Shown here piece after piece: positions 21,126 to 31,045 of a stretch of DNA of 64,000 nucleotides. Source of the DNA: an uncultured Chloroflexia bacterium (lineage in GTDB: Bacteria; Chloroflexota; Limnocylindria; Limnocylindrales; CSP1-4). Both the position numbers and the translations under genes were made by a program. A model generated the notes under the pieces. That model made no database searches and was not told the origin of the DNA. It saw only the letters and a list, made by a program, of their open reading frames with translations. The DNA lies in NCBI GenBank assembly GCA_963743795.1, contig CAVUQZ010000010.1, forward strand, positions 308,285 to 372,284, read 5' to 3'. Within the stretch, counting starts at the first letter, position 1. The number at the start of each line of letters is the position of its first letter.

Positions 21126-21476
21126 CTCGATCCTCCAAGCCGGTTAGGGTGCCCGTTCGACTGGATCGGGACAGATCCGGCGCTGCCGCATTCTCGCCGC
21201 GCGACTGTCCGGTCAGCCGCTAGTGGGCCCAAAAGACTGGTCCGTGAGACGCCCGGTGCGCCGGGCGAACCGCCGGCCGAGCGTCCGATGGCGATTGACC
21301 TGAACCTCGAAAGCGAAGAACATCGAAGCTAGGCCAGGCGGGCCAAGAGTCGGGGCGCGGGCCGGGTCGTTCCCCGTTCCTGTTCATGTACGCCGCGCGA
21401 GTGCCCACGCCGAATGCGGACCTGCCGGCCCCACCGTGGCCGCGGCATCAGCCGCGCAGCGTCCGGAGGACATCGA

Positions 21477-22380
21477 GTGACCGCGATCATCCGAACCGAG
21501 AAGCTCACCAAGTCATACGGCTCGCACCGCGGGATCGTGGAGGTCGATCTCCAGGTCGAGGCGGGCGAGGTGTTCGGCTTTCTCGGACCCAACGGTGCCG
21601 GCAAGACCACGACCATTCGGACGCTCCTGGACCTTATCCGCCCGAGCAGCGGCAAGGCCTATGTCTTTGGCATCGAGTCGAGCGCCGATCCGGCCGCCAT
21701 CCACCGCCGCATCGGCTACCTGCCAGGCGAGTTCGCCCTGTACGACCGGCTGACCGGGGGCCAGACCCTGACCTACTTTGGCAACCTGCGGGGCGGCGTC
21801 GATCGGGCCTATCAGGCGGCGCTCATCGAGCGCTTCGATCTGGACCCCATCGCGGCGCTTCCGGGAGTACTCCAAGGGCAACAAGCAGAAGGTCGGTCTC
21901 GTGGCCGCGCTCCAGCATCGGCCCGAGCTATTGATCCTCGATGAGCCCACGGCGGGCCTGGACCCCCTGGTCCAGCAGACCTTCTTCGCCCTGTTGCGCG
22001 AGTCGGTCAAGGCTGGGGCCACCGTCTTTCTCTCGAGCCACATCCTGTCGGAAGCCGAGCGAAGCTGCGACCGGGTGGCCATCATTAGAGAGGGTCGCCT
22101 GGTGCGCGTCGATCGGGTCGACGCCCTGCGCGATCTGGCCCACCACCAGGTGGAGCTGCGCTTCGCGGGCGATCCGCCGGCAGCCGAGTTTGCGAACCTG
22201 CCCGGGGTGAGCGACCTCGTGGTCGAGGATCATCTCCTGCGCCTGCGGGTTCTGGGGCCGATCACCCCGGTCGTGGCGGCTGCGGCCCGCCTGGGCGTGA
22301 CCGACTTCCTTAGCCGCGAGCCATCACTGGAAGAGACCTTCCTCGCCCAGTACGGCCCCAAAGCCGGGGAGGCCAACTGA
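21477..22380 (+). CDS. ABC transporter ATP-binding protein (ABC-2 exporter partner); frameshift near nt 21860
   Basis: GTG start with AGGAGGA RBS. Walker A GPNGAGKTT. After the shift: signature/Walker B (KVGLVAALQHRPELLILDEPTAGLD) and H-loop (LSSHIL). Confidence 0.75.
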
Positions 22381-24071
22381 TGGCCGTCCAAGCCGGCAGC
22401 CCTCCCCTTGGTCGTGGGGTTGCCACCGTCTCAATCTGGAGCCGCCTGTATGGCTTTGGCTCCATCTACGCCAAGACCATGCGGGACTCCCGCCTGGCCT
22501 TCCTGATCGTGGCCGGGCTCCTGGGCGGCATCATGCTGGCCGGCGACTATGCGTTTGGTACCGCCTACGCGACGCCCGCATCGCGGGTCGACCTCAAGAC
22601 CGTCATCGATACCATTCCGGCCGCCCTGAAGGGCCTGTATGGCAATCCGGTCAACGTCGAAACGCTCGGGGGCTCGCTGAGCTGGAAATACGGCCCGTTC
22701 TTCGCCCTGATTGCCGGGTTGTGGTCGATCATGGCCCTGTCCGGCACTCTCGCGGCCGAGGCCCAACGGGGCAGCCTGGACATGGTGGCCGCCTCTCCGT
22801 TTGGGAAGTGGCGCATCGCCCTCGAGAAGCTGGCCGCCCACCTGACGGGCATGTTCTTCGCGATGGCGTTCCTGGCGATCCTCACGTACGTCGGCGCCGC
22901 GGCCTACGGCCAGAAGTCACTCGGCGACGAGATCCCCATCCAGGGCGCCATCGGGTTCGCCCTCTGGGTTGGGCTCATTGCTCTGGTGTCCGGATCCGTT
23001 GCCTGGGGACTGGCGCCGTTCGTCGGCCGGGCAAGCGGCGCGGGCGTCGCCGGAGCACTCCTGATCGGTGGATACGCGATCAGCGGCTATTCGGCATCCG
23101 TCCCGGCGCTGCAACTCCCGGCGGATCTGAGCTGGTTCCACTGGACGGCCAGCCACGTGCCCCTGGCCGGGCAGTACGACTGGCTCTCTCTCGTGCCGGT
23201 GGCAGTCCTCATGGTCGTCATGTTCGCAGTCGGCCTCGTAGCGTTCGACCGGCGGGATCTCGGAGCGACCAGCGCAATCCCGGTCCCGGCCATGCCGGGC
23301 GCACTGTTGGGCACGAAAGGCCCGACAGGCCGCGCCTTCGGCGAGCGCCTGCCGATGGCCCTGGCTTGGGGTACGGGCCTGGGCGTCTTCGCGGCTCTCA
23401 TCGCGGCTTCCAGCCGGTCCTTCGCGGAGGAGATCGCTAAATCGAGCGAGACCTTCAAGCTGTTCACCACGCTGTTCAAGGGTTATGACATCACCACGGG
23501 AGGCGGGTTCCTCCAGCTCATGTTCGCTTACGTGGGCTACATGGTCATCGGGCTCGCGGCCGCGGTGCTGGTCTCGGGCTGGGCCTCGGACGAGACCGAC
23601 GGCCGGCTGGAGATGCTCCTCGCGGCTCCGCTGGGGCGAGCTCGTTGGGCTCTCTCCGGCGGCGTGGGGGTCATGGGCGGGATCGCGGTCGTCACCGTCG
23701 TGGCCATGGCCGGCGTCGCGATCGGAGTCGCCGCCGCCGGCACGGACGTTATGACACCTACGCTTGGCGTGCTGCCGATCGGCCTGTTCGCGGCGGCCTC
23801 TGCGGGCATCGGCTTCGCCGTTGGCGGGCTCTACCGCAACAGCGTCGCCGGCGAGTCGGTCGCAGTCTTCGTCATCGCGACCTTCCTGCTCGACATGCTC
23901 GCGCCGCCTCTGAACTTGCCGGATTGGCTCCACCAGCTGGCGTTGTCGGCCCATCTTGGACTGCCGATGGTCGGCCACTGGGATCCGGTAGGAACTGCGG
24001 CTTGCGCTGTCATCGCCGTGGGCGGCCTGCTCCTCGGCGCCTGGGGCATGACCCGGCGCGACGTGGACTGA
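22380..24071 (+). CDS. ABC-2 family transporter permease (large, ~12 TM)
   Basis: ATGA overlap with the ATPase. 563 aa, multiple hydrophobic spans, ABC-2 type architecture. Confidence 0.75.
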   Translation: MAVQAGSPPLGRGVATVSIWSRLYGFGSIYAKTMRDSRLAFLIVAGLLGGIMLAGDYAFGTAYATPASRVDLKTVIDTIPAALKGLYGNPVNVETLGGSLSWKYGPFFALIAGLWSIMALSGTLAAEAQRGSLDMVAASPFGKWRIALEKLAAHLTGMFFAMAFLAILTYVGAAAYGQKSLGDEIPIQGAIGFALWVGLIALVSGSVAWGLAPFVGRASGAGVAGALLIGGYAISGYSASVPALQLPADLSWFHWTASHVPLAGQYDWLSLVPVAVLMVVMFAVGLVAFDRRDLGATSAIPVPAMPGALLGTKGPTGRAFGERLPMALAWGTGLGVFAALIAASSRSFAEEIAKSSETFKLFTTLFKGYDITTGGGFLQLMFAYVGYMVIGLAAAVLVSGWASDETDGRLEMLLAAPLGRARWALSGGVGVMGGIAVVTVVAMAGVAIGVAAAGTDVMTPTLGVLPIGLFAAASAGIGFAVGGLYRNSVAGESVAVFVIATFLLDMLAPPLNLPDWLHQLALSAHLGLPMVGHWDPVGTAACAVIAVGGLLLGAWGMTRRDVD

Positions 24072-24222
24072 CCACCGCAGGGCGTCCGGAAGGCGGCCCT
24101 CGCATCACTCCTCCGGCCCCCGTTCACGACTCCTTCACAGCTCGGCGCCAACCTTCGATCTGGGGTCGGCGATGCGCTCCAGGCCGGCCACAGTATTCCG
24201 GAGCGCGGTGAAGGAGATAGAG

Positions 24223-24675
24223 ATGAGACGCGGAACATGGGTCCGCATCGTTGGGGCGCTGCTGGCAGTCGGGGCCATAGCCACGCTGATGGCCATTGCC
24301 TACGGCGCCGGATTCTCGGATGGTTCGGTGACCGACACTCGGAACCTCCAGCCCTGGGTCTTCGGCGGCGCATTCGTCGGCTGGCACATCGTCGGGTTGA
24401 TCGTCAGCGTGTTCGTCCTCGTGCTGGTCTTCCGGCTGATCGCCCTGGCCGTCTTCGGACACCGCTACAGTCACTGGGATCGAGCCGCATCGGGCGAGTT
24501 CGGGCCCGCCGGCCAGCCAGGGCCCGGCACGTGGCGCGGGGGCTGGCACCACGGCGACTGGCGCTCGTCGGGGCAGGCCTTCTTCGACGAGTGGCATCGT
24601 CAGGCTCACGAGACGGCCGCGAACAGCCAGCCCGGCGCCGCCGGCGACAATCCGACCCGACCCACAGCCAGCTGA
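24223..24675 (+). CDS. Small two-TM membrane protein with Trp/His/Arg-rich C-terminal tail, immediately upstream of the two-component system
   Basis: MRRGTWVRIVGALLAVGAIATLMAIAY... and a second TM (WHIVGLIVSVFVLVLVFRLIALAV), then HWDR...WRGGWHHGDWR. No recognizable family. Confidence 0.5.
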   Translation: MRRGTWVRIVGALLAVGAIATLMAIAYGAGFSDGSVTDTRNLQPWVFGGAFVGWHIVGLIVSVFVLVLVFRLIALAVFGHRYSHWDRAASGEFGPAGQPGPGTWRGGWHHGDWRSSGQAFFDEWHRQAHETAANSQPGAAGDNPTRPTAS

Positions 24676-24778
24676 GCCAATCCGCCCCGGAGGGCCGAAG
24701 CGGCGGCGGCGGCGAATTAGGGCGGAGGGTCGTGCCTTCGCCCTCTTTCGCGTCGCCGGGCCGTAGGATGAGGAGACA

Positions 24779-25465
24779 GTGAGAACCGTCCTGGTCGTAG
24801 ACGACGAACCTCGCATCGTGGACCTGGCACGCGAGTACCTGGAGCACGCAGGCTTCGCCGTCCTCACGGCCACGGACGGTCCCTCGGCTCTCACGGCCGC
24901 GCGCCTCAGGAAGCCGGACGTGCTGGTTCTCGACCTTGGCCTGCCCGGGATGGACGGCCTGGACGTGGCCCGAGCGATCCGTCGGGAATCGTCGCTGCCG
25001 ATCGTGATGCTGACAGCCCGAGACGACGAGCTGGACCGAGTCCTGGGGCTGGAGATTGGGGCGGACGACTACGTCACCAAGCCCTTCAGCCCGCGCGAGC
25101 TGGTAGCCCGAATACGGGCGATCCTGCGGCGGGTCGATCGCGCGATGGAGCCTGGAGATCGGATCGAGGCCTCCGGCGTGTCTATCGACCTGGCCCGAAT
25201 GCGCGTCGAAGCGGCGGGACGCACGGTCGATCTGACTCCCACCGAGTTCCAGCTGCTGGTCGCGCTGGCCCGCCAGCCGGGGCGCATCTTCACTCGCTCT
25301 CAGCTGCTCGACGCGATCCATGGCGTCGCCTTCGAGTCATACGAGCGGGCGATCGACGCCCACGTCAAGAACCTGCGGCGCAAGCTGGAGGCCGATCCGA
25401 GCCGGCCGCATTACGTTCTCACGGTCTATGGAGTCGGCTACCGCTTCGCCGAGGAGCCGGCGTGA
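24779..25465 (+). CDS. OmpR-family response regulator (receiver + winged-helix)
   Basis: GTG start. VLVVDDEPRIV...VLVLDLGLPGMDG...YVTKPFSPREL...VYGVGYRF. Confidence 0.9.
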   Translation: MRTVLVVDDEPRIVDLAREYLEHAGFAVLTATDGPSALTAARLRKPDVLVLDLGLPGMDGLDVARAIRRESSLPIVMLTARDDELDRVLGLEIGADDYVTKPFSPRELVARIRAILRRVDRAMEPGDRIEASGVSIDLARMRVEAAGRTVDLTPTEFQLLVALARQPGRIFTRSQLLDAIHGVAFESYERAIDAHVKNLRRKLEADPSRPHYVLTVYGVGYRFAEEPA

Positions 25466-26793
25466 ACGAGCCCACGGCCGAGGAACGCGAGAGCGCGCGT
25501 GCCGCTGGCCGCGGCGACGACCGGGACGAAGGCCTGGAAAGCGCCGACGGGCAATGGGACCCGCGCGGACCCCGCGGTCGTCACCGCGCCATGAGCCGGC
25601 ACGGCCGGTATGGCAGGCACGGTCATTGGGACCGGACCCCGTACACCCGGCCGGTCTGGTGGCCCAATGACGAGCCATGGCCGCCTCGAGACGAGTTCCC
25701 GCTACGCAGGCTGCGTCGCAGCTTCTTCATCCGATTCGCGATCGGAGTAACCCTTGTCTTCGTTCTCGTAATCGTCGGCCCGATCATCCTCATCGGGCAG
25801 CTTCTGGCCGCGACCGGCCTCCCTTCTCCCGGGTCGGGCATCCTGGCCGTGGTCATCGTCATCAGCGTGATCGCGGCCCTGAGCCGGACCGCCAGCAGCG
25901 CACGGCGCTTCGCGCTGCCGTTCGGAGACCTCATCGAAGCCGCCGGTCGGGTGGAGGCAGGCGACTACTCGGCTCGGGTGGTTTCGCCCGAGCGGGGGAT
26001 GCGGGAGTTGCGCTGGCTCGTCCAGGCGTTCAACTCCATGGCGGCACGCCTGGAGACGGACGAGCGGCAGCGACGGACGCTTCTCGCCGACGTGAGCCAC
26101 GAGCTGCGCACGCCTCTGGCCGTCCTGCGAGGCGAGCTGGAGGCGATGATCGACGGTATCCACCCCGTCGACGAGGCTCACCTGGCCGCGGCCGCAGAGC
26201 AGGTCTCGATGGTCACCCAACTCGTGGAGGACCTGCGGACGCTCGCCCTGGCGGAGGCCGGAACGCTGGCCCTGCATCGCGAGCCGACGGACCTCGCCGT
26301 TCTGGCTCAGGAGGCGGCGACATCTTTCGAAGGCCTGGCTGCCTCGGCCGGCGTGCGCCTCGAGGTGGAGGTTGCGAGCGACGTGCCGCTGGTGGACGTG
26401 GACCCTCTTCGGATACGCCAGGTGGCCACCAACCTGATCGCAAACGCGCTGCGCTACGCGCCACCAGGAAGTGCAGTGTCGATCGTCGCGGTTCCGCTGC
26501 CGAGTGCTGTCGCCGTATCGATCGTGGACAGGGGGCCGGGCATCGCCCCGGACGTTCTGCCTCATCTGTTCGAGCGGTTCGCGCGATCGGCGGATTCGCG
26601 TGGCTCGGGGCTGGGGCTGGCGATCGCCCGCCGGCTCGTGGAGGCCCACGGCGGAACGATTCGCGCCGAGTCGCCGCCCGGCGGCGGGACCACGGTCACG
26701 TTCGAGCTCCCCACCCAGCCCGAAGACGAAGTAAAGGCGGCCGGTTTCCCGGCCGCCTCTCGATATGGAACGCGGCTGACCTCAGTTCGGTAG
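25462..26793 (+). CDS. Sensor histidine kinase (TM-HAMP-HisKA-HATPase_c), partner of the OmpR regulator
   Basis: 4-nt overlap with the RR gene. H-box VSHELRTPLAVL. N box NLIANALRYA. G boxes DRGPGI / GSGLGLAIARRLV. Confidence 0.9.
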   Translation: MNEPTAEERESARAAGRGDDRDEGLESADGQWDPRGPRGRHRAMSRHGRYGRHGHWDRTPYTRPVWWPNDEPWPPRDEFPLRRLRRSFFIRFAIGVTLVFVLVIVGPIILIGQLLAATGLPSPGSGILAVVIVISVIAALSRTASSARRFALPFGDLIEAAGRVEAGDYSARVVSPERGMRELRWLVQAFNSMAARLETDERQRRTLLADVSHELRTPLAVLRGELEAMIDGIHPVDEAHLAAAAEQVSMVTQLVEDLRTLALAEAGTLALHREPTDLAVLAQEAATSFEGLAASAGVRLEVEVASDVPLVDVDPLRIRQVATNLIANALRYAPPGSAVSIVAVPLPSAVAVSIVDRGPGIAPDVLPHLFERFARSADSRGSGLGLAIARRLVEAHGGTIRAESPPGGGTTVTFELPTQPEDEVKAAGFPAASRYGTRLTSVR

Positions 26794-27933
26794 CTGGCCC
26801 AAGGTGACGCTGACCGTGGTGGTGGTCCCGTCCTGATGCTGAACCTTGAGCTTCACCACGTCACCGGGGTGATGGGTGACCATGGTTTCCACGAAGGTCG
26901 CGCTGTCCGGGATCGCGATGCCGTCGACACCGACGATGACGTCACCTGCCACGAGGCCCGCGGTTGCGGCCGGGGCGCCGCGGACTACGGAGACGATCAA
27001 GGCGCCGGTGGGGTTGGCATCGCTAAGCGTCACTCCGAGGTAGGAGCGACCGGAGTTGGTGACTGTGCCACTGGCGATGAGCTGATCTGCGATCACCTTG
27101 GCCCGGTTGCTCGAGATCGCGAAGCCGATGCCGGGTGCGCTACCGCCGAGCTGCGCGTCTGTCGCCGCCAGAGTCGGGATGCCCACGACCTGTCCCTGGA
27201 GATCGACCAGGGCACCGCCGCTGTTCCCGGGGTTGATGGCGGCGCTCGTCTGGATCACGTCAGGAAGGGCATTGCCGTTGGGCTCGCTGACCTGTCGTCC
27301 CAGGGCGCTGACGATGCCTTCGGTGACGCTGGACTGAAGGCCCAGCGGATTGCCAATAGCCAGGACGAAGTCACCGACGGACAGGGCGGACGAATCGCCG
27401 AAGGTCGCAGGAGTGAGTCCCGAGGCGTTGATCCTGATGACCGCGATGTCGTCAGGCGTGTAGCTGCCGACGAGGGTTCCCGGATATGCGTGACCGTTGG
27501 AAAGCGTCACGGTGAACGTCGTCGAGCCGCTCACGACGTGAGCATTGGTGACGATGTCGCCCTTGGAGTCGTAGATGACGCCCGAGCCGAGGCCCTGGTC
27601 GGTCTCGATCTGCACGACCTCAGGCTTGACCTGCTTGATGACCGCGACCATCTGATCCTGGAGAGCGGCCGCCCCACTGCCCACTGTGACCGCAGGCGCG
27701 GGGACGGTCGTGGGCGTCGGTGTGGCCACCTGGAGCGCGGCCTGGGCGTTGGTCGCACCTGTCGGGCTCGGATTCGCGGCCAGGGCCGCGACGGCTGTGT
27801 TGGCCGTAGTCCCGAGGTTCGTAGTCGAGCCGGTCGAGGCACCGCACGCCGCCGCGACGATGCTGATCAGGACCAGGGAGAGGAACGGCGCGAGGAGACG
27901 GCTCGTCATTCGCCGCCGTGTTTGGGAAACCAT
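26782..27933 (-). CDS. HtrA/DegP-like trypsin-fold serine protease with C-terminal PDZ domain
   Basis: Start MVSQTRRRM with signal/TM. Catalytic motifs TNAHVV, DIAVIRI, GNSGGAL. PDZ segment LGVTLSD...LVAGDVIVGVDG. Converges on and overlaps the HK 3' end. Confidence 0.85.
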   Translation of the reverse strand: MVSQTRRRMTSRLLAPFLSLVLISIVAAACGASTGSTTNLGTTANTAVAALAANPSPTGATNAQAALQVATPTPTTVPAPAVTVGSGAAALQDQMVAVIKQVKPEVVQIETDQGLGSGVIYDSKGDIVTNAHVVSGSTTFTVTLSNGHAYPGTLVGSYTPDDIAVIRINASGLTPATFGDSSALSVGDFVLAIGNPLGLQSSVTEGIVSALGRQVSEPNGNALPDVIQTSAAINPGNSGGALVDLQGQVVGIPTLAATDAQLGGSAPGIGFAISSNRAKVIADQLIASGTVTNSGRSYLGVTLSDANPTGALIVSVVRGAPAATAGLVAGDVIVGVDGIAIPDSATFVETMVTHHPGDVVKLKVQHQDGTTTTVSVTLGQLPN

Positions 27934-28057
27934 GTGTTGCCTCCTGGATGCCGCACTCACCGGACCCGGCGGCATCGAATAGAGGGCATGGTCGTGTCGG
28001 TTGCTGAACTGAACCTGAAGGATAAGGACAGAATCGGCGGTCTTGGGGTCCGCCTCG

Positions 28058-28747
28058 TCAGGTGAGCCGAGACGGGTTCGCCAACCCGGCCAGCTCCTTC
28101 TCGCTGAAACAGGCCGACTCGAAGACGAAGAGCCGCGTCTCCTTCTCGCGCCATGAGGTCCCGGGAAGCCCAGCCTTGCGGCAGACGGCGTCGAGCATCT
28201 GCTCGGCATCCCAACCCTGCTCCGAGGCGACCTGGGGGAGCAGCAGCGCTCGACGCATGCCTCGCTCCACGACGATGCCGTGCCGTCCGGCCTCAAAGCC
28301 GGCCGGATCGGGCAGCTCGACCGGAGGCTCGAGCACGGACACCTCCAACTCGAGGGCCGGGACCTCGGATTCACCGACCGGGAGGAAGCGAGGATCGTCC
28401 AGGGCCGCGGCGACGGCGGCGTCTCGGACGTTGAGCCAGAGCGGGACGTCGTAGCGCATCAATCCGATGCAGCCACGGAGCTCGCCGCGTTCGTGGAGAG
28501 TGACGAAGGCCGCGGCCGGCTCGGCGACAGCGGCCGATGGTGCATCGATGGACCGGCCCAGGTGCTTGTCGTGGCAGACCGCACTCTCGATGGCATGGCG
28601 AGCTACGTCGAGGAGCAGCTTCTTGTCGGCTGGTTCTAGCTGTTTCGTGGTTGCCTCTCTGCTTGACGTGCAGACGCTACGCCCATGCCACGGCCGCGCC
28701 AGGGTCCAATGGAGCTTTCTCGGGTCCGCAAGCGCCCCGGCCGGCAC
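28058..28747 (-). CDS. AmmeMemoRadiSam system protein A (AMMECR1 domain); exact start uncertain
   Basis: AMMECR1 hallmarks: LLLDVARHAIE, AAFVTLHERGELRGCIGL, RALLLPQVASEQGWD. Divergent from the radical SAM / MEMO1 pair. Confidence 0.75.
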   Translation of the reverse strand: MPAGALADPRKLHWTLARPWHGRSVCTSSREATTKQLEPADKKLLLDVARHAIESAVCHDKHLGRSIDAPSAAVAEPAAAFVTLHERGELRGCIGLMRYDVPLWLNVRDAAVAAALDDPRFLPVGESEVPALELEVSVLEPPVELPDPAGFEAGRHGIVVERGMRRALLLPQVASEQGWDAEQMLDAVCRKAGLPGTSWREKETRLFVFESACFSEKELAGLANPSRLT

Positions 28748-28876
28748 GATTCGGCGCGAGACGGGGTCCGGTACATGGAGAGGGCCGCATTCCGGGTCGC
28801 CCGGTCCGCTCGGGCCGTTCGGCCCTTATCCAGTCTCGGATTCGGGACGAGCATCAGGCTCAAGGAAACGCGCCGA

Positions 28877-29959
28877 ATGTCTCTGCCAGCGCCGGTTCAT
28901 TCGCTCTCCGCCGAGTCAGCCAGGCTCGCCATGCTGGCTCTGTCAGAGCCACACCGTGCCGTACGTTGCGTCGCCTGCGCCCATCGGTGCCTGATAAGGC
29001 CCGGTCGGGCCGGGATCTGCCGGGTCCGCGAGAATCGCGACGGGGCACTGGTCACGCTCGTGTACGGCCGGGCCGTGGCCGCCAACGCGGACCCGATCGA
29101 GAAGAAGCCGCTCTTCCACGTCTACCCGGGCAGCGTCGCCTACTCGATCGCCACCCGCGGCTGCAACTTCCACTGCCTGCACTGCCAGAACTGGGCCATC
29201 TCGCAGTCGGCGCGGGACGGGTTCGCGGCCCCCTCCTTCGCCCTGGCGCCGAGAGACGTGGTCAAGGCCGCTCGCGCCGCCGGATCGCGAAGCATCGCCT
29301 ACACATACACCGAGCCGACCATCTTCATCGAGTACGCGCTTGACACCGCCCGTCTGGCCGTTGAAGCCGGCCTGGCCAACCTCCTGGTGACGAACGGCTA
29401 CCAGACGCCGGAGGCACTCGACCTTCTCGGACCCCTAGTCGCTGCCGCCAACGTCGATCTCAAGTCGTTCGACGATCGCTTCTACCGCAAGATCTGCGGC
29501 GCTCGCCTCGCCCCTGTCCTGTCCGCACTGGTCGGGATGCGCGAGCGCGGGATCTGGGTCGAGGTCACGACGCTAGTGATCCCCGGCCTGAACGACGACC
29601 CCGACGGGCTGGCCGCGCTCGCCCGCTGGATCGTCGCCGAGCTTGGGCCGGAGACGCCCTGGCACGTCAGCCGCTTCTTCCCGACGTACCGGCTGACGGA
29701 CCTGGACCCGACCCCGGCCGCGACAGTGCGACTGGCCGTCGAGATCGGCCGGGCAGCCGGGCTTCACTACGTCTACTCGGGCAACATGGGCGACGGCGAG
29801 CAGGACACGCACTGCGCTGGATGCGGCGCCACCCTGATCAAGCGCCGGGGATTCCGGGCCACGCCGGCGGGGCTGGCCGACGGCGTGTGCAGTCGATGCG
29901 GCCGGGCCCTGGCGGGGATCGGTCTGGCCGAGCTCGACGGCAAGGCAGCCGTCCGATGA
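28877..29959 (+). CDS. AmmeMemoRadiSam system radical SAM enzyme
   Basis: CxxxCxxC cluster (GCNFHCLHCQN). YTYTEPTIF, VTNGYQTPE. C-terminal CAGCG...CSRCG motif as in this radical SAM subfamily. Confidence 0.85.
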   Translation: MSLPAPVHSLSAESARLAMLALSEPHRAVRCVACAHRCLIRPGRAGICRVRENRDGALVTLVYGRAVAANADPIEKKPLFHVYPGSVAYSIATRGCNFHCLHCQNWAISQSARDGFAAPSFALAPRDVVKAARAAGSRSIAYTYTEPTIFIEYALDTARLAVEAGLANLLVTNGYQTPEALDLLGPLVAAANVDLKSFDDRFYRKICGARLAPVLSALVGMRERGIWVEVTTLVIPGLNDDPDGLAALARWIVAELGPETPWHVSRFFPTYRLTDLDPTPAATVRLAVEIGRAAGLHYVYSGNMGDGEQDTHCAGCGATLIKRRGFRATPAGLADGVCSRCGRALAGIGLAELDGKAAVR

Positions 29960-30828
29960 GTGGCCGGGCTCGGATTCCGGCCGTGGCCGGATCCTTCTAC
30001 CCCGCAGAACCGGCGCGACTCCGGACGATGGCGGAGACGCTCATCGCCGCTGGGCGGGCCGCGCCCCGCCCAGCCGGCCTCACGCCGGGACCGGTCCTGG
30101 GGTTGCTGGTGCCGCACGCCGGCCTGGTCTATTCGGGCGGGATTGCGGCATTGAGCTGGGCGCTGGCGGGGGATATGAAGCCGGCGACCGTCGTGCTGGC
30201 CGGGACAGACCACCAGGCTTGGGCCGAGGGCGTGGGAGTCTGGACCGGCGGCCCTTGGCTGTCTCCCCTCGGCGAGGTGCCGGTGGACGATGAACTGGCG
30301 GCGATGATGGTGGCGCTGGGTCCGCCCTTCGCGGCAGACAATGAAGCCCACCTGACCGAGCATTCACTGGAGGTCCAGCTGCCTCTCCTGTCCGTGGCCT
30401 GCCCCGCCGCGCGGATAGTGCCGCTGGCTGTGAGCCCGCGGCTGCGATCCCATAGCCGAGCCGGGCTGATGCTTGGCCGGCTGCTGGCAGAACGGCGCTC
30501 CAGCGGGAAGGGCATCCTCCTCGTCGCCAGCTCGGACATGGCCCACTACCCTCCGGCCGACGTGTGCGAGAAGGCGGATTCGGAGCTGCTCAAACCGCTT
30601 CTGCGACTGGACGGCGACGGCCTGGACGATCTTGACGCAAAACTGCAGATGGACAACCTGCCGGGCCTGGTTTGCGGGTTGTGCGGCATAGACCCGGTCC
30701 GAGTGACGCTGGCCGCCCTGGCGGAGATGGGCGCGGTGCGCGGCATTCTCCTGGGCGCCGCGACCTCCGCGGACGCCGGCGGCGATCCGAGCCGAACCGT
30801 CGGCTACGCCGCAGCTGCATTCGTCTGA
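29956..30828 (+). CDS. AmmeMemoRadiSam system protein B (MEMO1 family)
   Basis: ATGA overlap with the radical SAM gene. VAGSFYP...LLVPHAGLVYSG...SSDMAHY are MEMO1 signature segments. Confidence 0.8.
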   Translation: MSGRARIPAVAGSFYPAEPARLRTMAETLIAAGRAAPRPAGLTPGPVLGLLVPHAGLVYSGGIAALSWALAGDMKPATVVLAGTDHQAWAEGVGVWTGGPWLSPLGEVPVDDELAAMMVALGPPFAADNEAHLTEHSLEVQLPLLSVACPAARIVPLAVSPRLRSHSRAGLMLGRLLAERRSSGKGILLVASSDMAHYPPADVCEKADSELLKPLLRLDGDGLDDLDAKLQMDNLPGLVCGLCGIDPVRVTLAALAEMGAVRGILLGAATSADAGGDPSRTVGYAAAAFV

Positions 30829-31045
30829 CGGACGGCCTGTGAGCCGTCTCCTGCGCTGGCCCGGATCGCCGACGCACGGGGCGCCACACCCGGGCCGGCG
30901 TTCGACGGATTTGCCGCTTCTGCCGTAGCCTATTGCCTTCCCGCATCACGTCTGCGGGGGATCTTCACTTGTCCTTCACAAGCCGATCTCATCCTGATGA
31001 CCGGTCGGACCCAGACAAACCGCGCACCCAAGGAGAGCCAAGCCG

